A stretch of 37,957 nt of DNA, taken from Acidimicrobiaceae bacterium. GTDB taxonomy: Bacteria; Actinomycetota; Acidimicrobiia; Acidimicrobiales; Ilumatobacteraceae. The notes below the pieces were generated by a model. The model did no database searches. It was given only the letters and a program-made list of their open reading frames with translations, and was not told the origin of the DNA. Each line of letters opens with the position of its first letter. Position 1 is the first letter of the stretch. The translations under genes and the position numbers were made by a program. Below are positions 24,844 through 33,270 of the stretch, in pieces. Where the stretch lies: contig PMCN01000131.1 in NCBI GenBank assembly GCA_003154135.1, forward strand, positions 800 to 38,756. Direction: 5' to 3'.

Positions 24844-25599
24844 ATGACCGTCGTCCTCTTGCACGGAAACCCCGAGACTCCCGCCATCTGGGCGCCGCTG
24901 CTGGCCGAGCTCGGCCGGAGCGACGTGACCACGCCGCAGCTGCCGGGCTTCGGCTGCGAGGTGCCGCAGGGTTTCGGTGCGACCAAGGAGGAGTACGCCG
25001 ACTGGCTGGCCGGGGTGCTCGCCGGCATCGTGGCCGAGCACGGGCCCATCGACTTCGTCGGTCACGACTGGGGTGGCGGCATCGGCATGCGCGTGGTGTC
25101 GCAGCGGCCCGAGCTCTTCCGCACCTGGGCATGTGATGTGCTCGGCCTGTTCCATCCCGACTACGTGTGGCACGACTTCGCCCAGATCTGGCAGACCCCG
25201 GGTGCGGGTGAGGAGTACTTCGCCAACACGCTCGCTACCCCCGTGGCCGACCGTGCCGCGCTGCTCGCCGCGATCGGCATTCCCGAGCCCACCGCCACCG
25301 TGCTCGCCGAGGCGGGCGACGAACTGATGGGCCGGTGCGTGCTCGCCCTGTACCGCTCGGCTGCCCAGCCGGCGATGAACGACTGGGGTGCACACCTCGG
25401 CCCGGCGGCCACCGTGCCCGGTCTCGCGATCATCGCTCCCAACGACCCGTTCGTCAGCGGCGAAGACCTGGGGGCGAAGGTGGCCGACCACATGGGCGCC
25501 TCCCGGCACGTGCTCGAGGGTCAGGGCCACTGGTGGATGCTGGGCGACCCTGTCGCCGGCGCGGCCATGCTGCACCAGTTCTGGAACGAGGCGTACTGA
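24844..25599 (+). CDS. Alpha/beta-fold hydrolase
   Basis: ATG at 24844 inside track ORF 24091..25599. MTVVLLHGNPETPAIW..., nucleophile elbow GHDWGGG, ...GQGHWWM. Confidence 0.8.
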   Translation: MTVVLLHGNPETPAIWAPLLAELGRSDVTTPQLPGFGCEVPQGFGATKEEYADWLAGVLAGIVAEHGPIDFVGHDWGGGIGMRVVSQRPELFRTWACDVLGLFHPDYVWHDFAQIWQTPGAGEEYFANTLATPVADRAALLAAIGIPEPTATVLAEAGDELMGRCVLALYRSAAQPAMNDWGAHLGPAATVPGLAIIAPNDPFVSGEDLGAKVADHMGASRHVLEGQGHWWMLGDPVAGAAMLHQFWNEAY

Positions 25600-25787
25600 T
25601 GCACCTGGTCACCGTCACCTGCCCCCGCTGCGGCGCCGAGGGTGAGGAGCGCTTCTACGGCCCGTGCACGTCGTGTCGCGACGAGTTGCGGGCCAAGTAC
25701 CTCGGCGAAGGACGTGTCGTGGAGCTGGCCGAGTACGTGCCCAAGATGAACGTCACGCCGAACGCGGTGGCCCTCAAGGACGACTGA
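25599..25787 (+). CDS. Zn-ribbon microprotein (62 aa), coupled to the hydrolase gene
   Basis: ATG at 25599 shares one base with the hydrolase TGA (TGATG); frame of track ORF 25335..25787. MHLVTVTCPRCGAEGEERFYGPCTSCRDEL... (CxxC...CxxC); strong GC3. Confidence 0.6.
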   Translation: MHLVTVTCPRCGAEGEERFYGPCTSCRDELRAKYLGEGRVVELAEYVPKMNVTPNAVALKDD

Positions 25788-25844
25788 TCGCGCCCGATCG
25801 TGCCCGCCTCGCCCGGCCGGCGCGACCGCTCTGCGAGCGGCGAG

Positions 25845-25872
25845 TTCACCTCCTGTTCACCTTGTGTAGTGT
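25845..25872 (+). promoter_or_regulatory. Candidate promoter for the ABC importer operon (TTCACC-16 nt-TAGTGT) with GTTCACC direct repeat
   Basis: ttcacc (25845-50) and tagtgt (25867-72) read directly. GTTCACC recurs 11 nt apart. GGGGAG Shine-Dalgarno before the ATG at 25949. Confidence 0.3.
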
Positions 25873-25948
25873 GCGGCGCAACGATCCGTTCGTCGTGGGG
25901 GCTTAACGTCCTGCGGCGACGCTTCACACAACAAGGGGAGATCCACCA

Positions 25949-27163
25949 ATGAAGATGCGTTCCAAGGCGAGCGTGAAATTCGCCGCGTCGCTCATGGCCG
26001 GCACCATGGTGCTGGCAGCATGCGGCAGCGACTCGACCACCAAGACCACCACGGCATCCACCACGGCGACCACGACGGCGGCCACCACGGGAGCGACCAC
26101 CGGGGCCACCACTGGCAACACGACGGCGCCCACCACTGGTGGCAGCGCAGCACTCGACGCGTTGGCAGCCGCCTGCAAGACCGAGGGCAAGGTGAACCTC
26201 ATCGCCCTGCCCGACGAGTGGGCCAACTACAAGGGCATCCTGCAGTCGTTCCGCGACAAGTACCCGGGCGTCGACAACCCTGTCGACAACCCTGAGGGCT
26301 CGTCCAAGGACGAAGAGAACGCCGTGCAGACGCTGAAGGGTCAGGCCGGCCAGCCCGACTCGGTCGACGTCAGCCCCGCCATCGCGCAGGACATGACCGA
26401 CAAGGGTCTGTTCGCCCCGTACACGCCCACGCTGGCCGATCAGATCCCCGCAGGTCTGAAGGATCCCGCCGGCAACTGGGTGGCTGCCTACTACGGCATC
26501 ATGGCCATCACCACCAACACGACGATCGTGAAGAACGCCCCCAAGACGTTCGCCGATCTGAAGAAGCCCGAGTACAAGGGCCTGGTGGCACTGAACGGCG
26601 ACCCGCGTGAAGCCGGAGCGGCCTTCGCAGCCGTCATGGCCGCGTCGCTCGCCAACGGTGGCAGCGCCGACGACATCATGCCCGGCATCCAGTTCTTCGC
26701 CGACCTCAAGAAGAGCGGCAACCTCGGCGCCACCGACGTGACCAAGGAGACAGTGCTCTCCGGCGACACGCCGATCGCCATCGACTGGAGCTACAACGTT
26801 CCCGGTCTGGCCAAGCAGCTCGCCGACGCCGGCCTGACGGTGGAGACCAACTTCCCGTCCGACGGCATCTACGGTGGCTTCTACGCCCAGGGCGTCGTGG
26901 CCGGCTCGCCGCACCAGAACTGCGCCAAGCTGTGGATCGAGCACATCCTGTCCGACGAGGGTGCCATCGGCTACCTCGAGGGCGGCGCGGTGCCGGCTCG
27001 CATCGACACGTTGGTGAAGGAAGGCAAGGTCACCGCCGACATGAAGAAGAACCTGCCCCCGGCCGACCTCATCAGCCAGGTGAAGTTCCTCACCCCCGCC
27101 CAGATCGCGAAGGCCAAGGACGTCCTTGCAGCGAACTGGGGCCCGATGGTTGCTGACGCCTGA
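25949..27163 (+). CDS. ABC importer substrate-binding lipoprotein (PotD/AfuA-like family) with Thr-rich linker
   Basis: Track ORF 25949..27163. Lipobox MVLAAC, linker TTKTTTASTTATTTAATTGATTGATTGNTTAPTTGG, then a type-II SBP-like body. Confidence 0.88.
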   Translation: MKMRSKASVKFAASLMAGTMVLAACGSDSTTKTTTASTTATTTAATTGATTGATTGNTTAPTTGGSAALDALAAACKTEGKVNLIALPDEWANYKGILQSFRDKYPGVDNPVDNPEGSSKDEENAVQTLKGQAGQPDSVDVSPAIAQDMTDKGLFAPYTPTLADQIPAGLKDPAGNWVAAYYGIMAITTNTTIVKNAPKTFADLKKPEYKGLVALNGDPREAGAAFAAVMAASLANGGSADDIMPGIQFFADLKKSGNLGATDVTKETVLSGDTPIAIDWSYNVPGLAKQLADAGLTVETNFPSDGIYGGFYAQGVVAGSPHQNCAKLWIEHILSDEGAIGYLEGGAVPARIDTLVKEGKVTADMKKNLPPADLISQVKFLTPAQIAKAKDVLAANWGPMVADA

Positions 27164-27173
27164 TCGCGTTGGG

Positions 27174-28085
27174 ATGACCGACACCATCATCACCGATGGC
27201 GTTGCAGTGAGGGGGCGCACCGAAGGTGCGCCCCCTCGGGCAACTCGTCGCAGCTGGGCCTGGGTGGGCCTGGTGCCCTTCTTCGGGTTCCTCGTCCTGT
27301 TCCTCATCCTCCCGGCGATCAGCGTCTTCCAGGAGGCACTGCACAACACCGCCGGCCGCCTCAGCCTTGCGTCGATGAAGGACGCCTTCACGGGTCAGAA
27401 CTTCGACGCCTTCAAGTTCTCGGTGGTCTTCTCCGCCGCCGCCGCGTTCGTGGGCGTGGTCTTCGGCACGCTGCTGGCCTACGCGGCCGCCACGGCCACC
27501 CGCCCGCGCTGGTTGCGCAACCTGGTCTCGTCGTTCAGCGGCGTCGCGGCCAACATGGGCGGCATCGTGCTGGCGTTCGCGTTCATCGCGCTCATCGGTC
27601 CGCAAGGCATCGCCACCAAAGCACTCAAGTACTTCGGCTGGAACCTCTACGGAGGTTCGTGGACGTTGGGCTCGATCTCCGGCGTCACGATGGTCTACTC
27701 GTACTTCAACATCCCGCTCATGGTGCTCATCACGCTGCCGGCCATCGACGGCCTGAAGGCCTCGTGGCGCGAAGCATGCACCAACCTCGGTGGCACCACC
27801 TTCACCTACTGGCGCCGAGTGGGCTTCCCGGTCCTGCTGCCGTCGCTGCTCGGTGGATTCATGCTGCTGTTCGCCAACTCGTTCAGCGCGTACGCCACCG
27901 CGAAGATCCTCACCAACAACACCAAGATCGTGTCGTTGCGCCTGTCGTTCTACCTCGGCGGCGACGTCAACGTCGGCCAGGACGCCATCGGCTTCGCGCT
28001 GGCCGCATGGATGATCCTCATCACCGCCTTCGCGATGATCGTCTACTGGCGGTTGCGGAAGAAGGCCGAGCGATGGCAGCAGTGA
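27174..28085 (+). CDS. ABC importer permease 1
   Basis: ATG at 27174 in track ORF 27126..28085. Six predicted TM helices; EAA-like loop IDGLKASWREACTNLGGTTFTYWRRVGFPVLLP. Confidence 0.88.
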   Translation: MTDTIITDGVAVRGRTEGAPPRATRRSWAWVGLVPFFGFLVLFLILPAISVFQEALHNTAGRLSLASMKDAFTGQNFDAFKFSVVFSAAAAFVGVVFGTLLAYAAATATRPRWLRNLVSSFSGVAANMGGIVLAFAFIALIGPQGIATKALKYFGWNLYGGSWTLGSISGVTMVYSYFNIPLMVLITLPAIDGLKASWREACTNLGGTTFTYWRRVGFPVLLPSLLGGFMLLFANSFSAYATAKILTNNTKIVSLRLSFYLGGDVNVGQDAIGFALAAWMILITAFAMIVYWRLRKKAERWQQ

Positions 28086-28948
28086 ACTCGCGCCGCGGCA
28101 GCCGCTTGTTGCCAACCGTCGTCCTCATCGCGGCAGCGGTCTTCTTCATCATGCCGCTCGTGGCCATCGCGCGGTTCGGGTTCCAGAACGTGCCCACCGT
28201 GCTGCTCGGCTGGTCGTCGCTGTTCAAGAAGTGGACCCTCGACGGCATCACCGGTGCCTTCCGGGACCGCAACTTCGGCCCGGCGCTCGGCCTCAGCGTC
28301 AAACTGGCGATCGGCACCGTGTTCGGCACCATCGGCCTGTTGCTCCCCACCGCCGTGTGGGTGCACCTCAAGCTTCCCAAGGCTCGCGGTCTCGTCGAGT
28401 TCATGACCGTGCTGCCCTACATGGTGCCGGGCATCGCACTGGTCGCCGGCATCAAGGTCATCCAGCCCCACGCACGCTGGTTCCTCAACTCTCCGTACTC
28501 GCTCATCCCGTACTACGTGGTGCTCGCCCTGCCGTTCACGTACCGCTCCATCGATGCCGGCCTGCGCAGCATCGACCTGCGCACGTTGGTCGACGCGTCG
28601 CGCAGCCTCGGTGCCGGGTGGGGCACCACGTTGCGCCGCGTGCTCATGCCCAACCTGCGCACCTCGCTCGTGTCGGCCACGTTCCTCACCGTGGCTGTCG
28701 TGCTCGGCGAGTTCACCATTTCCAGCATCCTGCTGCGCAAGACCCTCCCGGTCTTCCAAGCCACGTATCGGTCCTCCAGCCCGCGTGGCGCCTATGCGCT
28801 CTCGGTGCTGTTCCTGCTGGGCACCACGGCTGTCTTCGCGGTGCTCAGCCTGCTCACGCGGCCCAAGTCGGCGCGTGTGAAGAAGATCGATCCGGTGGTA
28901 GCAGCAGTCACCGATGAAGCACTCGCGACCCAAGGATTGGCGACATGA
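28073..28948 (+). CDS. ABC importer permease 2
   Basis: ATG at 28073 in track ORF 27659..28948, overlapping permease 1 by 13 nt. EAA-like loop DASRSLGAGWGTTLRRVLMPNL. Confidence 0.88.
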   Translation: MAAVNSRRGSRLLPTVVLIAAAVFFIMPLVAIARFGFQNVPTVLLGWSSLFKKWTLDGITGAFRDRNFGPALGLSVKLAIGTVFGTIGLLLPTAVWVHLKLPKARGLVEFMTVLPYMVPGIALVAGIKVIQPHARWFLNSPYSLIPYYVVLALPFTYRSIDAGLRSIDLRTLVDASRSLGAGWGTTLRRVLMPNLRTSLVSATFLTVAVVLGEFTISSILLRKTLPVFQATYRSSSPRGAYALSVLFLLGTTAVFAVLSLLTRPKSARVKKIDPVVAAVTDEALATQGLAT

Positions 28949-29982
28949 CCGCGCTCGAGTTCAAGTCCGTGAGAAAGACGTTCGGCACCAACGTGGCGCT
29001 CGAGGGGCTCGACCTCGGCGTGATGCCTGGCGAGCTCATCACGTTGCTGGGTCCGTCCGGCTGCGGGAAGACCACGGCGCTGCGCATTGCGGCCGGCTTC
29101 GAGTTCGCCGACTCCGGCACCGTCTCGGTGTCCGATGTCGACATCAGCAGCACGGCGGCGCACAAGCGCAACATGGGCATGGTGTTCCAGAGCTACAGCC
29201 TGTTCCCCAACCTCACCGTCGCGCTCAACATCGACTTCGGGCTGCGCACGCGCAAGGTGGCGTCGGCCGACCGTGCGCGACGTGTCGACGAGATGCTCGA
29301 ACTGGTCGAGCTGGGCCGCTTCCGCGACCGCTACCCGCACCAGCTGTCGGGCGGTCAGCAGCAGCGTGTCGCGCTGGCGCGAGCGTTGGCGGTGCAGCCG
29401 CAGGTGTTGCTGCTCGACGAGCCGTTGAGCGCGCTCGACGCGAAGGTGCGCACCACCCTTCGCGACGAGATCCGCCGCATCCAGACCGAGGTCGGCATCA
29501 CCACCCTCTTCGTCACCCACGACCAGGAAGAAGCGCTGGCGATCAGCGACCGTGTGTGCGTGATGTCCCAGGGCCGCATCGAGCAGCTGGGAACGCCCAC
29601 CGAGGTCTACCGCCGGCCCAGCACTGCGTTCGTCGCCCGCTTCGTCGGCTCGATGAACGAGCTGGAGGGCACTGTGGTCGACTTCCGCAACGTCTCGATC
29701 TCCGGGCGTACCGTGGCCGTTCCCGCACACGGGCAGGCCGACGGCACCGACGTGAAGGTGCTCGTCCGCCCCGAAGACCTCACGCTCGTCGACGACGGCT
29801 TCCCCGGCACCGTCACCTCCGTCACGTTCCAGGGGGCGACGACGCTGGTGGGCGTGCGCCTCGACGTGATCGACCGGCTGGTCAGCATCGACGTCGGACA
29901 GGGCGATGCCGATCACCTCGGCATCGGCGACCGTGTGCAGGTGGCGCTCAACGGCGGCAACGCCGTGTGCGAAGCCGCCTGA
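28945..29982 (+). CDS. ABC importer ATP-binding protein (PotA/FbpC-like with C-terminal TOBE-like domain)
   Basis: Track ORF 28945..29982; ATGA overlap with permease 2. Walker A GPSGCGKTT, signature LSGGQQQRVALARAL, Walker B LLLDEPLSALD. Confidence 0.94.
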   Translation: MTALEFKSVRKTFGTNVALEGLDLGVMPGELITLLGPSGCGKTTALRIAAGFEFADSGTVSVSDVDISSTAAHKRNMGMVFQSYSLFPNLTVALNIDFGLRTRKVASADRARRVDEMLELVELGRFRDRYPHQLSGGQQQRVALARALAVQPQVLLLDEPLSALDAKVRTTLRDEIRRIQTEVGITTLFVTHDQEEALAISDRVCVMSQGRIEQLGTPTEVYRRPSTAFVARFVGSMNELEGTVVDFRNVSISGRTVAVPAHGQADGTDVKVLVRPEDLTLVDDGFPGTVTSVTFQGATTLVGVRLDVIDRLVSIDVGQGDADHLGIGDRVQVALNGGNAVCEAA

Positions 29983-29988
29983 CCGGCG

Positions 29989-31254
29989 TCACCCGGCGGT
30001 GGGCAACCCGCCACCGGGGCGGAACACCGGGTCGTTCTCCTGGTTGGCCATGCGCGCGGCCATCTGCTGCATCGTGGTAGCCATCGCGGCTGCGGCGCTC
30101 TCGTCGCCCATGATCTTGCTCATCACGGCAGCAGTGGCACCTGCCATCAGCTCGGTCTTGTTGGCTGCCACGTAGTCGGCGGACGCGATCTGCGCGCGCA
30201 GCTGGCCGTTGACCGCGGGCACGACGTAGCGGGCCACGAGATCCCACGAGCGGCGCGTGGCTTCTACGTTGGCCCAGTCGTGCGAGAAGCCGAGCACCAC
30301 ACCGAAGCCACCGGTGAGCTCCTGCAGGTTGAGGATCGCCTCGACGAGGTCGTCGGGCGTACCGATCACAGCAGCACCGCCACCTTCGGCGCCGCCCTGG
30401 GCCACCTGCGCGTACAGCTCCTCGGGATCGTCGACCCACTGTGCGCCGGGCCGGCCGAGCACCTTCACGTTGTACTCGTTGTGCCACTTCTGCAGGCCCA
30501 GCATCGCTTCCGCCTTGGCCTGCTCGCGCGTCTCGGCGATGTGCCAGGCCATCATCACGCGCCAGTTCTTGCGGTCGACGACCTGGCCGTGCTTGGCTGC
30601 CGCGGTCTCGGCGAACGCCCATTGCGTGGGCAGCGCCTGGATGCCTTCGGAGCTGGTGCTGGCGATGCTGAGCGCACCGATGCCGTACTTGCCGGCGAGG
30701 GTCATGCCCGACGGCGAGATGCTGCTGGCGGTGGTCATCGCCATGTCGTCCTGCAGCGGCAGGATCTGCAGCGCGGCCTCGCGCAACGTGAACCACTCGC
30801 TGTCGTGGGAGAAGCGCTCGTCACCGCGCAGGAGGCGGATGATGACACCGAGCGCCTCGTCCTGGCGGTCGCGCTGGGTCATCGGGTCGATGCTCAACGT
30901 GCGGGCGTCGCTGGGGAGCGCGCCTGGACCGCTGCCGAACATCGCCCGTCCACCGCTGATGTGGTCGAGCTGCACCATCCGCTGGGCCACGTTGAACGGG
31001 TGGTGGTAGGGCAGCGACACCACGCCCGTGCCGAGCTTGATGCGGTGCGTCACCATCGCCGCCGAGGCGAGGAACATCTCCGGACTGGCGATCATCTCCC
31101 AACCGGTGGAGTGGTGCTCGCCCACCCAGAACTCCTCGTAGCCAAGCCGGTCGAGGTGCGTCGCCAGTTCGAGGTCGCGCCGGAACTGCTGCGTCGGGCT
31201 CTCGCCGATGGGATGGTGAGGTGCCAGGAACGTGCCGAACTTGATGCGAGCCAT
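29989..31254 (-). CDS. Luciferase-like flavin-dependent monooxygenase (LimB-like LLM)
   Basis: Track ORF 29989..31254. MARIKFGTFLAPHHPIGESPTQ...GYEEFWVGEHHSTGWEMIASPEMFLA...; 421 aa. Confidence 0.9.
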   Translation of the reverse strand: MARIKFGTFLAPHHPIGESPTQQFRRDLELATHLDRLGYEEFWVGEHHSTGWEMIASPEMFLASAAMVTHRIKLGTGVVSLPYHHPFNVAQRMVQLDHISGGRAMFGSGPGALPSDARTLSIDPMTQRDRQDEALGVIIRLLRGDERFSHDSEWFTLREAALQILPLQDDMAMTTASSISPSGMTLAGKYGIGALSIASTSSEGIQALPTQWAFAETAAAKHGQVVDRKNWRVMMAWHIAETREQAKAEAMLGLQKWHNEYNVKVLGRPGAQWVDDPEELYAQVAQGGAEGGGAAVIGTPDDLVEAILNLQELTGGFGVVLGFSHDWANVEATRRSWDLVARYVVPAVNGQLRAQIASADYVAANKTELMAGATAAVMSKIMGDESAAAAMATTMQQMAARMANQENDPVFRPGGGLPTAG

Positions 31255-31313
31255 CCGAGGAGACTACGGATCGGCACTCACCCGATCGGAGTCGAACGCC
31301 CCACCCCCATCCC

Positions 31314-31360
31314 AACTTTGGCGCTGGGGCGGCCTCCTGGCCCGTTTCAACGCCAAAGTT
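31314..31360. promoter_or_regulatory. 10-bp perfect inverted repeat (AACTTTGGCG-27 nt-CGCCAAAGTT) upstream of tRNA-Ala
   Basis: Arms at 31314-23 and 31351-60 read directly. It sits in the divergent region between the LLM start (31254) and tRNA-Ala (31408). Confidence 0.3.
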
Positions 31361-31407
31361 CGGGGGGTCGGTGGTGGCGCCCGAGCCGATATCCTGAGCG
31401 CCGCCAC

Positions 31408-31481
31408 GGGGACGTAGCTCAGTTGGCTAGAGCACTTGCTTTGCATGCAAGAAGTCGTGGGTTCGAGTCCCATCGTCTCCA
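31408..31481 (+). tRNA. tRNA-Ala (anticodon UGC)
   Basis: Acceptor GGGGACG/CGTCTCC with the G3:U70 alanine identity pair, anticodon arm CTTGC-TTTGCAT-GCAAG, T loop TTCGAGT, discriminator A. Confidence 0.95.
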
Positions 31482-31514
31482 CCGAGCCGCGCGGCGGCCT
31501 GCAAGGATCGGTGC

Positions 31515-32867
31515 ATGCACGATCAGGATCCAGTACTCGTCGGGCTGACGCTGGAAGTGGTGCAGCACGAGCTGACGACGGTGAAGCCGTTGTCGTCGCC
31601 GGCTCCCGCCGCCGACCTCTACGCCGCACTGGCGGGCAGCATCACCGACGAGGGCATCGGGCCCGCCGGGGCGGTGTCACTGCTGCGCGACGTGGTGGGT
31701 GCCAACTCGATGAACGTGTCGAGCCCCAACGTGCTGGCCTTCATCCCGTCGGCCGCCACCCCCGCCTCGCTCGCGGCCGACGTGATGCTGTCGAGCATGA
31801 ACGTCATCGCCGACTGGTGGCTCGAAGGCGCGGGCGGCATCGCGGCCGAGAACCACACCTTGCACTGGCTGTGCGCGCAGGTGGGCCTCGGCCCGCACGC
31901 GGGTGGTGTCTTCGTCAGCGGCGCCACGCCCGGCAACCTCGCCGGCCTGGCAGCGGCGCGTCGCTGGTGGCGTTCGCAGCACCCCGGACACGGCCGCGAG
32001 CGCCTGGCGCTGGTGTGTGCGCAGCAGGCCCATTCGTCGATCCGCATGGTCGCCGGCGTGCTCGACGTCGACGTCGTGCTCGCCGACGGTGACGAGTTCG
32101 GGCGGCTGCGCGCCCCCGACCTGGAGGTCGCACTCGCCGAGCACCGTGCCGTGGGCGGGGCGCCCGTGTTCGCCGTCGCCGCCACTGCAGGCACCACCAA
32201 CCTCGGCATGGTCGACGACCTCGTCGGACTCGCCGACGTCGCCGACCGGGAGAGCATCTGGTTGCACGTCGACGGCGCGTACGGCGGCGCCGCAGTGCTG
32301 TCGGCGCAGGGACGCACCCTGCTCGCCGGCCTCGACCGGGTGCGCTCGATGGTGGTCGACCCGCACAAGTGGTTGTTCGCCGGGTACGACTGCTGTGCGC
32401 TGCTCTATCGCGACGTGCGCATCGCCCGTGCCGCGTTCACGCAGACCGCCGAGTACCTCGAAGCGGTGGAGGTGAGCCCTGAGGAGTGGAACCCCGCCGA
32501 CTATGCGGTGCACCTCACGCGTCGCGCTCGCGGGGTGCCGTTCTGGTTCAGTCTTGCCACCAACGGCGTGCAGGCCTACCGCGATGCAGTCGACACCTGC
32601 TTGCGCACTGCGCACGAGTTCACCGCCGAGGTGGAGGGGGCACCGCACCTTCGCCTGTTCGCGCCCACCACCTTGTCGATCGTCACGTTCACACGCGACG
32701 GATGGGAGCGGGCCGACTACGAGCGGTGGAGCCGCGAGCAGCTCGCCGCGGGTCGTTTCTTCATCGCGGTGAGCGAGTTCCGCGGTCGCCCGCTGCTGCG
32801 CGTGTGCATCGTGCACCCCAAGGTCACCATCGAGGCGCTGCGCGAGGTGATCGACTCGTTGCAGTGA
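31515..32867 (+). CDS. Pyridoxal-phosphate-dependent (group II) amino-acid decarboxylase
   Basis: Track ORF 31515..32867. AAGGA Shine-Dalgarno 7 nt before the ATG. HVDGAYGGAAVL and the PLP-lysine motif VVDPHKWLFAGYDC. Confidence 0.88.
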   Translation: MHDQDPVLVGLTLEVVQHELTTVKPLSSPAPAADLYAALAGSITDEGIGPAGAVSLLRDVVGANSMNVSSPNVLAFIPSAATPASLAADVMLSSMNVIADWWLEGAGGIAAENHTLHWLCAQVGLGPHAGGVFVSGATPGNLAGLAAARRWWRSQHPGHGRERLALVCAQQAHSSIRMVAGVLDVDVVLADGDEFGRLRAPDLEVALAEHRAVGGAPVFAVAATAGTTNLGMVDDLVGLADVADRESIWLHVDGAYGGAAVLSAQGRTLLAGLDRVRSMVVDPHKWLFAGYDCCALLYRDVRIARAAFTQTAEYLEAVEVSPEEWNPADYAVHLTRRARGVPFWFSLATNGVQAYRDAVDTCLRTAHEFTAEVEGAPHLRLFAPTTLSIVTFTRDGWERADYERWSREQLAAGRFFIAVSEFRGRPLLRVCIVHPKVTIEALREVIDSLQ

Positions 32868-32908
32868 CCGCCTCCGCCGCCCGCTACGGTGCGCCGGGGG
32901 ACGATCAC

Positions 32909-33247
32909 ATGAAGCATCCGCACCTGCACCTGCACGCCCACGAACGGCTGGTCTGCCCCGTGTGTCGCGTGCGGGCGCTCCAGTACCGGCCGTACGACAC
33001 GTGGCCGCCCACCACCGACCTCGACAGCGTGTCGCCCCCGTACCGCGACACGTTCGGCTACCCGTCGTACGAGTCGTGCGTGCGGTGCGGGTACGCGTTC
33101 GGCTTCACCGACGACCCCGGCGCAGATGTCGAGCCGCTCACCTTTGCCGAGTACTACGAGTGGTGGCAGTCGCAGGGCGAGCCGTGGCCCGACGACGACG
33201 ACCGCGAACGGTTCCTGGCGCACGGAGGCTCACCCGATCCCGAGTGA
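32909..33247 (+). CDS. Hypothetical Cys4 (CPVC...CVRC) zinc-ribbon-like protein, acidic/Trp-rich C-terminus
   Basis: ATG at 32909 in track ORF 32486..33247. MKHPHLHLHAHERLVCPVCRV...YESCVRCGYAFGF...EYYEWWQSQGEPWPDDDDRE; strong GC3. Confidence 0.55.
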   Translation: MKHPHLHLHAHERLVCPVCRVRALQYRPYDTWPPTTDLDSVSPPYRDTFGYPSYESCVRCGYAFGFTDDPGADVEPLTFAEYYEWWQSQGEPWPDDDDRERFLAHGGSPDPE

Positions 33248-33270
33248 GCGATGTCGTCACGAGGTCACCT

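Noticed and set aside
24844-25787. Toxin-antitoxin interpretation of the small coupled gene pairs (hydrolase + 62-aa protein; 44-aa ORF + Rossmann protein)
   Set aside because: The partners have ordinary enzyme folds of normal size. There are no recognisable toxin or antitoxin (HTH, RHH, PIN, RelE-like) motifs.
25655-27391. 578-aa minus-strand ORF antisense to the ABC substrate-binding protein
   Set aside because: It has no motifs and is Gly/Arg/Val-rich. The plus strand encodes a lipobox plus an SBP with a Shine-Dalgarno.
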